A stretch of DNA of 49,672 bases. Source: Catajapyx aquilonaris. Its lineage: Eukaryota. This document shows positions 47,141 to 49,672 of this stretch, in pieces (position 1 is the stretch's first letter; each line of letters starts with the position of its first letter). The stretch is from contig KZ538754.1 of assembly GCA_000934665.2 (NCBI GenBank), forward strand, positions 1-49,672, given 5' to 3'. A model generated the notes under the pieces. That model ran no database searches and was not told where the DNA came from. It worked only from the letters and a program-made list of their open reading frames with translations. The translations under genes were made by a program, and so were the position numbers.

Positions 47141-47573
47141 AGCACATTTACGGTGAAGGTACTCATTGCCATTACACCAAGTGGTTGCATAAATTTTGTT
47201 TCCCCGTGTTACGATGGAAGAACCACTGACAGTTACATCACAGTCAATTCAGGTTTTCTGGAACAAATCAAAGCAGGAGATGTGATCATGTCCGACAAAG
47301 GCTTCCCCCAGATTAAAGCTCATTTAGAGGATAATAATGCTGTATTAATACTGCCACCATTTGCAATACTATGGTGAGCAATTCACACCAGCACAGGTAC
47401 AGGAGACTTACAAAATTGCATCTATCCGAATTCATGTGGAACGGGCTATTCAGCGAATAAAAGTTTATCACATCCTTGCAAAGCTGACAGATGACCTAGT
47501 ACCATTTGCAAATGAAGTGGTACACATGGCAGCAGTCTTGGCAAATTTTAGCAAACCATTGGTTACTAAGTAA
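47141..47573 (+). pseudogene. ISL2EU/Harbinger-group DDE_Tnp_4 transposase, C-terminal half (5'-truncated, frameshift near 47365)
   Basis: TFTVKVLIAITPSG.I.FVS..Y.GR.TD...SGFL...GD.IMSDKGF...LPPF / QFT..QV.ET..IAS.RIHVERAIQRIK.Y.IL. Confidence 0.9.
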
Positions 47574-47582
47574 TATAATAAT

Positions 47583-47659
47583 GAAGGGCTCCATGGAAGA
47601 AGGGGGGTAACTAGATGGGAATTCCCATCTAGTTACCCCCTTCTTCCATGGAGCCCTTC
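47583..47659. mobile_element. 77-bp near-perfect hairpin MITE (GAAG termini, Sola-like)
   Basis: GAAGGGCTCCATGGAAGAAGGGGGGTAACTAGATGGGAA|TTCCCATCTAGTTACCCCCTTCTTCCATGGAGCCCTTC; flanks TAAT/AATT. Confidence 0.8.
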
Positions 47660-47765
47660 AATTGTATATGTACAACTTTCACACATGATTGTTATAAAGT
47701 AGAAAAGAACATGTGCAGTACAATGTAGCTACAGAATCTGTAGCAAACAAAAATCTACAACACTA

Positions 47766-49580
47766 CTATGTAATGGTCAATAAAGGCAAGTATTCTTGAA
47801 AATAAAAACTTTCTAGTTTGGGAATCACGTCATGCAAAAACTCATTGGATCGTAAAACAACCACATTAACGCTACCCAGGGGGGAGTAAACGTACAGGTG
47901 GCACACACTTAACTGCAAAATGTACAGAGAGACTTGCACTTGTGTGTAGTATCTGTGTGAAACCTTTAATGTCCAACTACCTTCACCATCCTGCTGTAAA
48001 TATTCTAGGTTGCTAATACCACCCTCCACAACACTCTGCTTCTCACACCTGCTGGGACACTTGATCTCCAAAAGAATCATCCCCTCCTCTGTGAAGACCA
48101 AGCCATCTGGGCTGCAGCAAAGCCATGGTTGTTTTGAGGAAATGTACACTCCAATGTGCGCGACACAACACTTGTACTTGGTTTTGTACTCAGCCAAGGC
48201 CACTGGCTCCATGATAATTCCATACCGCATGGATTTTGTGCACACATTTTTTGCATGCAAAAACCTTGCTGCCAGGAGGTCAAAGGATTTCCTCCTTGTC
48301 TTGATGTCATGAGCCTTAGACCCCGCTGACACTCTCACCTTCCTTTCCAATTCCCAGTACCCCTTGATGTCCTGGTGCTGGTCTCGTGTCATCACTGCAA
48401 CTCTTCGTATGTCGTCAGCACTCAGGGAGATCTTCGATGCATAGTAGTCTTGGTTGGAGCTTGATAAACTATTGAAGAAGTCATGACGAACCAACTTCAC
48501 TTTTGTTGCACACTCCGACTGAACGGGGACGTACCTGGTGTCCAACAAGAATTGTCGCAAGCGGCAGCGCACGAACTACAGTCTCTCGTATACCTGTGCT
48601 CATAGATTGTAGTTCGTGCGCTGCCGCTGCGACAATTCTTGTTGGACTGATAGTACAAGTGATAACTCACACCTGCACTACATCTTTCCTGCAATAGATC
48701 TAACGATTGTTCCATCACTTTAGTTTCTGCAGCATCCGCGGATCTTGCAATGAGGCTGTCTATGACTTGAGACACAACAATTCTTGCCTCGCTCTCACAC
48801 TCAGCCTTTAAAATTTTTGACAATGAACAGTCTATTCCAGAAACTACTTGTAGGATTTGCTGCGCAGTCCAGTCTGATGTCGTGTGAACAGGTGGTGCAG
48901 GAGGTGGCAGGTGATGGATTTCTGACAGGGTTGTCCCCTTCGCATACTTCCCCAGCTGAGTTGGAGTTGGCATCCCCCATTGCCTTGCTTCTGTCGTAAC
49001 AGACTGGTCGCGTTCCAGGTTCACCGCATTCACTGCTGCTGCTACATGTTTGCAGGTGCCACATGCTCCACGCACCCTTGCACGAACAGTGTGCAGTGAC
49101 AATGTTCCTGTCATAGTCAAGCTAGAATTGGAAATTATAAATGTTTACAAAAAAATGGGGTTTCTCTTGTACAAAATGTCTGCATGATAACCCAGAAATA
49201 GCCAGTCCGCCAGTTAATTGTAGTTAAAATGTGGCGCAGCAGCTCTGAAGTGTCAAGGGTCCTTTACTTATATTCCATTATTGTTACTGCGAGCTTGCAT
49301 CACTTGTTGTTTGAAGTCAAATGAAAGTACATTTACTTGCATGTTTTCCAGGCTAACTCAAACTGTGGCCACAATAAGTGGCTCCTGGCCAGATCTCTGG
49401 CCAAAGCTAGGTCGTTGTACTGTACAGTACTTACACTAATGCGGAACCTGTAAGGAGCCTTGTTGACAGACGTTTCCGGTACGCAGGTACCGGACACGGT
49501 GCTGTCGTCTCCGAGCGAAGGAAATTCCTCCTTCAGATCCCCGACATGCCCGGCATTGTACAGGTCCAGGCCGTGCTTAA
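47766..49580 (-). pseudogene. SWIM zinc finger + YqaJ/lambda-exonuclease-like (PD-(D/E)XK) gene, ORF2 of an ISL2EU-type transposon; intron 49122-49434
   Basis: AHCSCK..GACGTCKHVAA (SWIM), W..ERKVRVSA, YG...E, PWLCCSPDG, LLEIKCP, YYTQVQ; disrupted by MITEs at 48534 and 49581 and a frameshift near 49075. Confidence 0.88.
48534..48653. mobile_element. 120-bp hairpin MITE (TA TSD) inserted in the YqaJ gene
   Basis: TCCAACAAGAATTGTCGC ... GCGACAATTCTTGTTGGA; removing it plus one TA restores the frame ...SYHLYVPVQSEC. Confidence 0.88.
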
Positions 49581-49672
49581 AGGGACACTCCACTCAAAAT
49601 ACAAGTTGGGCTCTAAAAATCGGGAAAGAGATCCTGACTCCGAGGGTATAAGCAGTTTTTCTGAGAGACGAA
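49581..49672. mobile_element. Kolobok-like MITE end (same family as 42175, opposite orientation), running off the window
   Basis: TTAA|AGGGACACTCCACTCAAAATACAAGTTGG; matches the reverse complement of 42580-42670. Confidence 0.85.

Overview
Eukaryotic (animal) genomic DNA, probably from an arthropod and possibly a hemimetabolous insect; this is inferred from the SINE and MITE types. It contains one well-supported host gene, a divergent USP36/scrawny-like deubiquitinase on the + strand. Its 13 coding exons (15836-34788, about 811 aa) have consistent splice phases and intact Cys/His/Asp catalytic boxes. Most of the rest is nested transposable elements: tRNA-derived SINEs from at least five head families, MITEs of piggyBac-, Kolobok-, Tc1/mariner/pogo-, PIF/Harbinger-, hAT- and Sola-like types, gypsy-like LTRs and transposase remnants. 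At the right end is a decayed ISL2EU-type (PHIS group) DNA transposon, with a DDE_Tnp_4 transposase convergent on a spliced SWIM + YqaJ (lambda-exonuclease-like) gene. The most notable observations are two covarying 3' RNA stem-loop modules swapped among SINE heads, the SWIM-YqaJ/transposase pair, and a MITE resembling mammalian Tigger4/MER46. No CRISPR arrays, true tRNA genes or rRNA genes were found.
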